In this document: positions 56,390 through 64,000 of the stretch, piece after piece
Position numbering within the stretch: position 1 is the stretch's first letter
Layout of the letters: the number at the start of each line of letters is the position of its first letter
Sequence record: ON000910.1
Strand: one strand, 5' to 3'
Length of the DNA: 64,000 nt
Program-made: the position numbers and the translations under genes
The notes under the pieces: generated by a model
Database searches by the model: none
Seen by the model: only the letters and a program-made list of their open reading frames with translations
Told to the model about the DNA's origin: nothing

Positions 56390-56968
56390 TTATACCCCTG
56401 CTAATTTCATAAACGTGCTGATGTATGTACTAATATCGTCACGCGAAAGAATGTTAATCACGCGATTCGTTTCATTCTTATTGAACTCAAACTCATCAAC
56501 TGATACTGGAATCATAACGCCGTGATACAACAGTTCTCGAAAATCTTCCTGACCTTCTTCAGGGACATTATTTTCCCAGTCGAACTTGTTATACCAATTA
56601 CGCGGGTTTTCAGGGTCTTCAATCATATCAAACCACCAACGACCTTGTTCATCGACGTGATGATGAACTTGCTCATTCCCATCAATATACTGATAACGAT
56701 AAATAGCATTCTCAGCTACAGATTCATTGGGCTGAACCCAATCATAAAACGGGTCAACGCGCTGATTGAGAAGTAATATCAACCAATACAACGACGTGTC
56801 ACCGTACAATTCATATGCAATTTGTTCAGGGCGATAATCGCCCCTTATTTTATACTGAATAGTCGTAAACGACGGGATGATCTGCTTATGATAATAATTC
56901 AAATTCTTGAATATGTCCGCAGTTTCAACCCCTTGATAATCAGTCTTTTCAAATATCGAAAAAATCAT
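56390..56968 (-). CDS. gp53: Baseplate wedge subunit gp53
   Basis: ADIFKN, Y.I.GD.RPEQIAYELYGD..LYW.IL.LN...DPFYDW. Confidence 0.92.
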   Translation of the reverse strand: MIFSIFEKTDYQGVETADIFKNLNYYHKQIIPSFTTIQYKIRGDYRPEQIAYELYGDTSLYWLILLLNQRVDPFYDWVQPNESVAENAIYRYQYIDGNEQVHHHVDEQGRWWFDMIEDPENPRNWYNKFDWENNVPEEGQEDFRELLYHGVMIPVSVDEFEFNKNETNRVINILSRDDISTYISTFMKLAGV

Positions 56969-58101
56969 TTAATCAATCCCTCAATATCACCAAAGAACGA
57001 ACCAGAGTTTGTATTACTACCACTAGCCGTTTGCGTTCCACTGTCATAACCTCGAACATTACTGTTAAGATCGCGTTGATACATAGCACGATCAAGTGGG
57101 ATAAGTTCGCTAAATGTAATCTCAAGTTCAATACCCGCTGGGTCACCAGCCGTACCTCTAAATGTGCGCCAGTACTGATCGGGTGTACGATTTAACTTCA
57201 CAGATGTGATACCCGCTGGACCGAAAATAAAGCGAGGTGTGTATCGCGTCGCGTCTGTGTCTGACACTTCTTCAATCATCCATACAGGCGGAGTTTTCAA
57301 TAACGTCGCGTATTTCGCAAAACCTGCTGCAAACCCCGAGCCTAAATTTGCTGTCCCTGTATCTAATAACTGCGAATCAATCTGACCTTTCACTGGTAAC
57401 GATAGCCCATAGAACGTTTTTATAATCTCTGCAACTACTTTCAGTTCGTCTAACGACTTAGGGTGGAATTGATATACCATTGTTTGTGTACGCTGCGCTG
57501 TACCTTTATACGCAGTTACAGTTACGTTGTCTGTTACGACGCTGCTGTTCTTCTCCAACTGCCCTGCTGCATTCGATTGAATGAATGAACGTTTAATCTG
57601 AGCTAGTGTTGCACCTGCTGCTGTCGCAACTGCACGTTTACCACGATCAACGCCTTCAGACACTGTATCTGAGCCTGCTGCTGAAGCCGCACTAGCAAGA
57701 AAGTCATTTAATACTGAAGTCGGTGTTTTATCATATTCGTGAGACACTTCTTCAACGATATTAGGCGCGTAAAGTGCAAGCGTAGCTTTCAATTCGCTTG
57801 GAACTTCACCAGATTGTTCATTTTCAGTTTGCGCGGCAGTAAACGAACTACGCATGTCCGTATAGTGTTGTTTTGTTGTGTGTGCCAAGTCATACGCTCT
57901 AAAAATAAAGAAATTCGGGTGTCCAGACTCAGCCCCTAAATTAAGCGGGTATGTCAATGCTACATTATTCGAGTCACGACCGAGTTTAGTAACATCTTCA
58001 CCTGTCGAAAGCTCTTGTGTAGTACTTTGAACTCCTCCTGATATTGTTTCTACTAGAGTGCTACTTTTTGCAGCGATTGTACTAGTAAGACTCATTTTCA
58101 T
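56965..58101 (-). CDS. gp48: Baseplate tail-tube cap gp48
   Basis: YKGT..RTQ...Y.F.PKS.DEL..V..II.TF, FGPA.ITSV.LN.TPD, I.LEITFSEL. Confidence 0.82.
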   Translation of the reverse strand: MKMSLTSTIAAKSSTLVETISGGVQSTTQELSTGEDVTKLGRDSNNVALTYPLNLGAESGHPNFFIFRAYDLAHTTKQHYTDMRSSFTAAQTENEQSGEVPSELKATLALYAPNIVEEVSHEYDKTPTSVLNDFLASAASAAGSDTVSEGVDRGKRAVATAAGATLAQIKRSFIQSNAAGQLEKNSSVVTDNVTVTAYKGTAQRTQTMVYQFHPKSLDELKVVAEIIKTFYGLSLPVKGQIDSQLLDTGTANLGSGFAAGFAKYATLLKTPPVWMIEEVSDTDATRYTPRFIFGPAGITSVKLNRTPDQYWRTFRGTAGDPAGIELEITFSELIPLDRAMYQRDLNSNVRGYDSGTQTASGSNTNSGSFFGDIEGLIK

Positions 58102-58128
58102 GATCTCCTTTTTAAAAATATATATCTG

Positions 58129-58150
58129 TATTTAGATGCGATACTAAATA
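58129..58150. promoter_or_regulatory. Divergent late promoters (TCTAAATA on -, ACTAAATA on +)
   Basis: Minus 58129-58136 for the 48-53-27-5 operon; plus 58143-58150 for the 4-2-54-26 operon. Confidence 0.65.
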
Positions 58151-58168
58151 TATGAAAGGAGGCGCTAC

Positions 58169-58624
58169 ATGGCATATTCTGGAAAATTTGTTCCGTCGAA
58201 CAAGTCGAAATACAAAGGCAATTATCAAAAGATTGAGTATAGAAGCTCATGGGAATTGTCGTTTATGCGTTGGTGTGACAACAACCCACACGTAGTTCGC
58301 TGGAATTCTGAAGAGATTGTAATCCCATATGTTAGTTCTGCTGATGGAGGGAAAAAACGTAGATATTTTATGGACTTTTACGTGAAGTTCAGTGATGGGC
58401 GCGAATTTATATTTGAAATTAAACCGCACAAAGAAACGATGCCGCCTGAGAAGCCACAGAGGCTTACTGAAAAGGCTAAGAAACGTCTTTTAAAAGAAGT
58501 GTATACGTTTCAAGTGAATCAAGATAAATGGGCTGCTGCGATTAAATTCGCAAAGCAGAAAGGTTGGCAATTCAAAGTCTTGACTGAACACGGACTAAGA
58601 AAATTGATAGGACTGAGAGTGTAA
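58169..58624 (+). CDS. gp4: Head completion nuclease gp4 (TnsA-like)
   Basis: MAYSGKF.P.N..KY.G....I.YRSSWE...M.WCD.NP.V..W.SEE..IPY...RYF.DF...EIKP.KET. Confidence 0.95.
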   Translation: MAYSGKFVPSNKSKYKGNYQKIEYRSSWELSFMRWCDNNPHVVRWNSEEIVIPYVSSADGGKKRRYFMDFYVKFSDGREFIFEIKPHKETMPPEKPQRLTEKAKKRLLKEVYTFQVNQDKWAAAIKFAKQKGWQFKVLTEHGLRKLIGLRV

Positions 58625-58625
58625 T

Positions 58626-59222
58626 ATGGCTAGACCAGAAAGAGCAAAGAAGAAAAAAGAAAGTTTGCTTGATAGTTTCAAAGCTCAAACGCACGAGCTT
58701 GGTCGTCAACCAGTCGCGAAGAATCAACGCAAATCATTAGCATGGTTCAAAAAGCGTGTTCATGATGCAATACGTAGTCGAAAAGTACAGCGACCACACA
58801 AAGGCAACATGTATGTATTCGCATATGATGCTAAACACAAAGACAAACTTCCGTATTGGGATAAATTCCCGTGTATTATTTGTCTCGGGGTCGAAAAGGG
58901 ATATATGTTAGGCTTGAACTTGCACTACATCCCACCGAAAGATCGCGAGAAGTTTTTAACAATTTTACTACGATACGCAACTACAAAAACAGTAAGTAAC
59001 ACAACTCGACTATCGGTTGATTGGGGTCGAGTGAAAAACATTAAGTTCAGTAAACATATGGTTAAATTGTACATTCTAAAGCGAATTAAAGGTTCACTTG
59101 AAGAAGTCAAACCACATGATTGGTACAATGTTATTCACATGCCACTACAGCAATTCGTTGCTAAAAATGGTCGTAACATTTCTGCTGTTCGTGCGTACGA
59201 TGATCGTTATAGAAGGAGATAA
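58626..59222 (+). CDS. gp2: DNA end protector protein gp2
   Basis: G.MYVFAYDAKHKDKLPYWD.FP.II.L....GLNLHYIPPK.R...PLQQF. Confidence 0.95.
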   Translation: MARPERAKKKKESLLDSFKAQTHELGRQPVAKNQRKSLAWFKKRVHDAIRSRKVQRPHKGNMYVFAYDAKHKDKLPYWDKFPCIICLGVEKGYMLGLNLHYIPPKDREKFLTILLRYATTKTVSNTTRLSVDWGRVKNIKFSKHMVKLYILKRIKGSLEEVKPHDWYNVIHMPLQQFVAKNGRNISAVRAYDDRYRRR

Positions 59223-59225
59223 CGA

Positions 59226-59972
59226 ATGGCAATCGGTATTGACGTTAAAAAGTTCTTATCTCAGATCAATAAGAACGATTTAGCAAGACAAAACTTGTAT
59301 GCGGTGCGTTTTGCATCGCTGCAAGATACAGCAAAGCAGTTAATGAACACTGGTGAAACGTTCTCGAATGCTGCATCGACTAGAGTAAACGGTATCGGGG
59401 TTAAAGATGCATTAGCATCGACTGCTGCGTTATTCGGTAGTGGGTTTGAATTCGAGCGAAACATCGGGATGATGGTTAAATCAGTAAATATACCTGGGTC
59501 ATCATATGAAACAGATATTGATAGATCGAGAAGACGTCCGCATCATGTAATCAAAACGAAAACTGATGAAACGGTAACGATGTCGCTGTATCTTTCACCA
59601 TCACACCCCGAGCGTAAAATGCTATTAGGTTGGTTCAAACAGATTTATTCAAACGATTCTGCACAAGTCGGGTTCTTCTCGAATTACGCACGCACTATCG
59701 AGATTTACACGTACGACCGCAACGCGAACATGGTTACTATGACCAGTTTAAAAAATGCGTTTCCTATTCGAGTAGGTGGGGTTCAGTTGGGCTATGAAAA
59801 TAGCAATGCAGTTGCCGAATTCGAGGTTGAATTTGTTTACGAAAGTGCAACGTACATGACTGAAGATTTATCTAGCACAATCGCAGACACGTTAGATATA
59901 ACACAGAATTTCGAAAAAACATATAACAGCATTTACAATACTGCGGCAGAAACATTTCCAAACTTATTTTAA
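59226..59972 (+). CDS. gp54: Baseplate tail-tube initiator gp54
   Basis: DLAR.NLY.V.F; tube-fold SVNIPG...AFPI.VG.V.L.Y...N.VAEF.V.F.Y. Confidence 0.8.
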   Translation: MAIGIDVKKFLSQINKNDLARQNLYAVRFASLQDTAKQLMNTGETFSNAASTRVNGIGVKDALASTAALFGSGFEFERNIGMMVKSVNIPGSSYETDIDRSRRRPHHVIKTKTDETVTMSLYLSPSHPERKMLLGWFKQIYSNDSAQVGFFSNYARTIEIYTYDRNANMVTMTSLKNAFPIRVGGVQLGYENSNAVAEFEVEFVYESATYMTEDLSSTIADTLDITQNFEKTYNSIYNTAAETFPNLF

Positions 59973-59984
59973 GGCAAAAATATC

Positions 59985-60833
59985 ATGACAAAACCATTTG
60001 ATTTGAGCGTACTTGCTGCGCCTCAATATACTGTAAAACTACCATCTACTGGCGAAGAGATCAAGTTACGTGCCATGCTTGCAAAAGAGCATAAAACACT
60101 GTTGATCGCTAACGAATCAGATGAAAAGGTTGATGCAATCGAGCAATGTCTTGAAAACTGTATTGTTTCAGACATCAAGATTGAAGATCTAACGGTTGGT
60201 GATGCTGAATACTTGTTCATGCACATGTATATGAATAGTAATGGCGTAACTGAAATTCAAGCGGAATACAACTGCTGTGCAGATAAGCCAGAAGAAGAAC
60301 TCAAGCAGCTAGACGCGCAAGAAGAAGCTGAACTTGAGAAATCTGCTGATGACTTGTTCGCAGAAATTGTCAATCAATCAAACGAAGAAGCAATCGAAGC
60401 AGTATTCGCACCTGACAAGCGCCTATGTGGTGAACGAATCACCGCAAATATAGACTTAAACGCTGCGTTTGTGCCTGCATTCACGGGTGAAGATACAGTT
60501 CGTGTTAACAAACAAGTATTAATCAAACTGCAACACCCGAATATTCGCGTGTATGAGAACAACGACCCTAACACACCTGAAGGTCTGTTCAATATTGCTG
60601 TTGAATCAATTAAAGAAGTTCACGTTGGTGATACTGTGTACAGCAAAGAAGAGCTTGCAGCACAAGGTCAGTTGATCAATATCATGGGTGAACTAGACAC
60701 TGCTGCATTCAAGAAAGTTCAAACTTTCGTCGATGCAGTACCGCGAATCACCACTTATGTTGACGTTAAATGTCCTAAGTGTGGTAACGCAGAGAAAGTA
60801 ACTCTACGAGGCATCGAAGATTTTTTCGTATAA
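59985..60833 (+). CDS. gp26: Baseplate hub subunit gp26
   Basis: Y.VKLPSTG..I.LRAM..KEHK.LL, L...D.EYLF, P.I...V.V.CP.CG....V.L.GI.DFF. Confidence 0.9.
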   Translation: MTKPFDLSVLAAPQYTVKLPSTGEEIKLRAMLAKEHKTLLIANESDEKVDAIEQCLENCIVSDIKIEDLTVGDAEYLFMHMYMNSNGVTEIQAEYNCCADKPEEELKQLDAQEEAELEKSADDLFAEIVNQSNEEAIEAVFAPDKRLCGERITANIDLNAAFVPAFTGEDTVRVNKQVLIKLQHPNIRVYENNDPNTPEGLFNIAVESIKEVHVGDTVYSKEELAAQGQLINIMGELDTAAFKKVQTFVDAVPRITTYVDVKCPKCGNAEKVTLRGIEDFFV

Positions 60834-61000
60834 TGCTCGGTAGATACTCACTCGAAGAGTATTACAAAGAAAACTTTGCCATGATCACTCATGGCAATTT
60901 TTCGCTATACGATTTAGAGACAATGGTTCTATTCGAGCGCGAAATCTATGCCGCACAGCTTATACATCACATCAAAGAAAAGAATAAGGAACAACAATAA
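60833..61000 (+). CDS. gp51: Baseplate hub assembly catalyst gp51-like (55 aa)
   Basis: Hand-translated: MLGRYSLEEYYKENFAMITHGNFSLYDLETMVLFEREIYAAQLIHHIKEKNKEQQ; YY.NF.M..H..FSL.DLE.M..FEREIY motif; TAATG-coupled on both sides. Confidence 0.78.
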   Translation: MLGRYSLEEYYKENFAMITHGNFSLYDLETMVLFEREIYAAQLIHHIKEKNKEQQ

Positions 61001-62973
61001 TGGCGGCTGATGAAAAAAAGATGAATGAGATAATCGGAAGATTAGATCATTTGATTCTCCAACAAGAAGACCGACCTGAAGTTTACACGATGCAGCGTGT
61101 GGCTCGTCATATCAACAACATTGATATAACAACGTCAACGATGCTCGAAACAATGCAATCGGTCTTCAAAACTAACGAAAAGGCAGTTGCACAACAGAAA
61201 AATCTATTTCAGCGCGTTATTGAAAACTTCGAACAGACATCAAACAGAGTCCGCGCTTCGATTATATCACTAACTGATATCATCAAAACTACTTTAGATT
61301 TCAAAGGTCACTTGTCTAGAATTGATCGCGGTATTCAAGAGATGCGATTGACTGCAAAAATGCAGTTTGCTCGTATGCAGGAGGGGTTTACTCGATGGTT
61401 TGAACGACTGATCTTCAGAGTCAACGACATGAAGCGAATAATCGGGCTTCAGAAGACGACTGCCGACGATTTAAATAGTTTCTTAACGAACGGTGCGGGT
61501 AACAACTCTCCGCTTACTGTGGGCTTTATAAGCGCGTTATACAAGAAGATATTTGCATATCAAGTCGTTACTGATACTCGTGCTCGTAAAACTGAGCAAT
61601 TTCGTTACAAAGAAAACATGAAAGTGCAACGCAACCAAGCGAGTGATCTACGTCGAATCGCGAATCACCTAACAGGCGAAAAGCTAGGGTGGATTGCCAA
61701 GTTGTTTAGACTAGTTGGTGTAGGTCTAGTAATGCTAGGCGGTCAATTAGTAACGTTTTCAACATCTATGGCAGCGGCTGCATCAACGGCTAGTAAATTT
61801 GGTAAACTAGGTCGAATCGCTTCAAGCATTCTCTTAGGGTTTGGTAAGTTTAGCCAAGGGACGGGTAAAATCGTTCAAGATCTTGCAACTGACATGAGAG
61901 GCACGGTCAAAAAATGGATGTGGGCAGTTGTTCGTCAAACATTCTTAGGACTAGGTCGTATGATTTCAATCATGTTAAACCCAATCGCATTGGCTGGTAT
62001 GCTTGCGGGTTATGGTATTTACAAGTTATTTGAAGAAGAAATCGACCGAATCTTCGTTGCATTGAAGAGTATTTTCAGTGACCCCGAAAAACGGGAAATG
62101 TTGTTTAATATAGTGTCGAACTGGTTTAGCGATATGGTTCGAGGTATCGGAGAATGGTTCGGTATTGTCAGTGAAAATATTCAAGAAGCAGTACCAGAAG
62201 GTGCAGTTGATGGAATTGTATCTGGCTTCAATGCAGTGACATCTTTCGTTAAGAAAGCTTTCCGAATGTACGTTAATGCAATTAACAAAATCATAGCTGG
62301 TTGGTTATCAATTCCTGATTCGTTTAGATTGCTTATGTTAGCAATAGATGACTTGATGTTAAACGTTAAATCATTCGTAGTTGATGCATTAGATGCATTA
62401 CCAGACTGGATGCGTTCAGAAGGCATGGACAAGTTCATAGCCGATGCTGACATTGAAGGTAAAAGAGCGAAACTAGATGCTGACAAAGCTGAAGTTCGTG
62501 AAAGACTCAATGCGCGTTATCAAACAGACTATCTAGGCAAAGCTGGGGATATGATCGTTGATGGGGCTAAGAATACAGCACAAGCGGTTATAGACGGTGC
62601 TAAGAACGCTGCTGATGCTATCAAAGACCCTGCTAAGAATTTAGCAACGTCTGCCGAATCTCTTGACAAGTTCTTGCAAGCTGAAGTTGAGAAGAAGCAA
62701 ATAGCAGAAGACGCAATTGTAGCGGCTGAACGTCAACGTATGATCAATGAGGGGATCATTAAGCCAATGCAAGAAGTTAAGCGTTCAATCATCTTAGAAG
62801 CTGTCGCAGCGCGAGAAGCAGCATTCCGAGCAGCACAGCAAACGAAAGAGGTTGGAACTAACTTCGTGAACAATGCGGTCAATTCAGTTCAGAATACAAC
62901 GAACTTCAATAGACCGTTAAGCGTAAACAGTGAAGCGAAAGTGCCTTCACCAAATAGAAGAACGGTGAATTAA
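61000..62973 (+). CDS. gp29: Probable tape-measure / baseplate hub gp29
   Basis: 657 aa, long helical, two hydrophobic segments; follows genes 26 and 51. Confidence 0.65.
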   Translation: MAADEKKMNEIIGRLDHLILQQEDRPEVYTMQRVARHINNIDITTSTMLETMQSVFKTNEKAVAQQKNLFQRVIENFEQTSNRVRASIISLTDIIKTTLDFKGHLSRIDRGIQEMRLTAKMQFARMQEGFTRWFERLIFRVNDMKRIIGLQKTTADDLNSFLTNGAGNNSPLTVGFISALYKKIFAYQVVTDTRARKTEQFRYKENMKVQRNQASDLRRIANHLTGEKLGWIAKLFRLVGVGLVMLGGQLVTFSTSMAAAASTASKFGKLGRIASSILLGFGKFSQGTGKIVQDLATDMRGTVKKWMWAVVRQTFLGLGRMISIMLNPIALAGMLAGYGIYKLFEEEIDRIFVALKSIFSDPEKREMLFNIVSNWFSDMVRGIGEWFGIVSENIQEAVPEGAVDGIVSGFNAVTSFVKKAFRMYVNAINKIIAGWLSIPDSFRLLMLAIDDLMLNVKSFVVDALDALPDWMRSEGMDKFIADADIEGKRAKLDADKAEVRERLNARYQTDYLGKAGDMIVDGAKNTAQAVIDGAKNAADAIKDPAKNLATSAESLDKFLQAEVEKKQIAEDAIVAAERQRMINEGIIKPMQEVKRSIILEAVAAREAAFRAAQQTKEVGTNFVNNAVNSVQNTTNFNRPLSVNSEAKVPSPNRRTVN

Positions 62974-63509
62974 TGAAAAACTTAACGATGAAGAATAATT
63001 TCCGAATCGACATTCCTGATAATAACGCAACTCAAGCGTTTCAGTGGCAGATACAAACTGCCACTATCCCGGGTGTTACGATGGAAATTGCAAGCATTAC
63101 TCGTGGTCCGAAGTATGCCAAACTAGCAAATAACCATGTTGCAGGTTCTGGTACATCATATGACGATCTTTCGATCCAATTCCTAGTCGATGAAGAAATG
63201 CGTACGTATGCAGAGCTGTATAGATGGTTGATCACAATGAACAACCCAACAGGTGCTAGTACAAGTGACGGGATTGTTCCAGTTACTATGCTTCTACATG
63301 TTCTAGACAACAACAAAGATAAAATTGTAGCAACATATCGTTTTGTCAATGCATTCCCAAAGTCACTCAGTGCTGTAGAATGGAACTATACTGAATCTGG
63401 TGATGTTGAAGTCGTAACTTGTGATGTCGAATTTGAATACTCATATTTTGAAATGATTCATAAAGTCGATGGCAAAGAAGAAGTCATAACACCCTATATG
63501 GGTTCATAG
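62973..63509 (+). CDS. gp3: Tail tube terminator gp3
   Basis: NF...IPD......F....Q....PG......G....YDDL.I.FLVDE.M..Y..LY.W...AFP..LS. Confidence 0.9.
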   Translation: MKNLTMKNNFRIDIPDNNATQAFQWQIQTATIPGVTMEIASITRGPKYAKLANNHVAGSGTSYDDLSIQFLVDEEMRTYAELYRWLITMNNPTGASTSDGIVPVTMLLHVLDNNKDKIVATYRFVNAFPKSLSAVEWNYTESGDVEVVTCDVEFEYSYFEMIHKVDGKEEVITPYMGS

Positions 63510-63518
63510 AAAGCAATT

Positions 63519-63543
63519 AAGCCCCTTACGGGGCTTTTTTTGT
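63519..63543 (+). terminator. Terminator after gene 3
   Basis: AAGCCCC-TTAC-GGGGCTT followed by a T run. Confidence 0.85.
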
Positions 63544-63556
63544 ATCTGAATCTAGA

Positions 63557-63651
63557 GCGAAGCGGCAGAATTTGGTGTGAGGCCCAAAAATTGGGCATCA
63601 TCTTAGTAGTATTAGTAGTTTTAGTGAAGTTAGAGGTATTAGTAATATTAG
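63557..63651 (+). repeat. Hairpin plus 6x TTAG (9-bp period) element, copy 3 (diverged)
   Basis: GCGAAGCG at 63557; hairpin 63579-63599; TTAG at 63603, 63612, 63621, 63630, 63639, 63648. Confidence 0.93.
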
Positions 63652-63673
63652 AGAATAGGCACCTTGTCGCATT

Positions 63674-63703
63674 GTTTAGAAACCACCAGATCTGTCGTAT
63701 AAT
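63674..63703 (+). promoter_or_regulatory. Putative promoter GTTTAG-N18-TATAAT upstream of gene 1
   Basis: -35-like 63674-63679; -10 63698-63703. Confidence 0.62.
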
Positions 63704-63739
63704 CGTGAGACGAAACACACTATTAATAGGTAACTCATT

Positions 63740-64000
63740 ATGATTATAGGAATCAATGGACAAAAGCGTTCAGGGAAAGATACCCTTGCTGCTGCCATTA
63801 AAAAATCTCATAGTGATAGCACTTACATTTACAAATTTGCCGACCCGATTAAAGAAGGGTTGTTCATTGGGTTAAAAGAATATGGCTATGATTATGAAGA
63901 CATAGACGGTCAAACAGATTGTGACCGCGAAGTTCCAGTATTTACGTTAGACGAAGCAATTGAACTTGTATTAAAGTGCTGTGACTACGCAAACGTAGAT
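63740..64000 (+). CDS. gp1: Deoxynucleoside monophosphate kinase gp1 (runs off the window)
   Basis: Hand-translated: MIIGINGQKRSGKDTLAAAI...YKFADPIKE, P-loop and FADP motif; follows gene 3 as in T4. Confidence 0.92.
   Translation, partial: MIIGINGQKRSGKDTLAAAIKKSHSDSTYIYKFADPIKEGLFIGLKEYGYDYEDIDGQTDCDREVPVFTLDEAIELVLKCCDYANVD

Noticed and set aside
63540-63743. 67-aa ORF with a TM-like stretch ILVVLVVLVKLEVLVILE
   Set aside because: Produced by the 9-bp TTAG repeat, with Leu always TTA. The same frame in copy 1 has a stop just upstream (TAA at 10268) and no start, and this ORF has no RBS.

Overview
This window is a 64-kb segment of a large T4-like myovirus. The gene set and order (gp5 without lysozyme, gp27-like hub beside gene 5, CCA-adding enzyme, enlarged gp35) resemble the Vibrio KVP40/nt-1 group; that assignment is from recall, not a search. 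It holds the frd-32-59-33-dsbA-rnh replication block, long tail fibre genes 34/35, the uvsY/uvsW region and an accessory region (two inh paralogues, candidate internal head proteins, two Seg-like homing endonucleases, cca). It also holds the head-neck-tail-baseplate cluster (23 down to 6, 25, 5.4, 5.1, 5, 27, 53, 48) and a divergent 4-2-54-26-51-29-3-1 block. I saw no tRNA, rRNA, CRISPR, intron or intein. The most striking unexplained structure is a non-coding module present three times, at about 10.3, 37.7 and 63.6 kb. Each copy follows a late-gene terminator and contains a GCGNAGCG motif, a 21-nt hairpin, six TTAG units at exact 9-bp period, and a GTTTA(A/G)-N18-TAnnnT promoter-like element. 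Copies 1 and 2 share 66 identical bp, copy 3 has compensatory base-pair swaps in the hairpin, and the array-to-promoter distance steps by about one helical turn (2, 13, 23 bp). It is a candidate replication-origin or activator-binding system.
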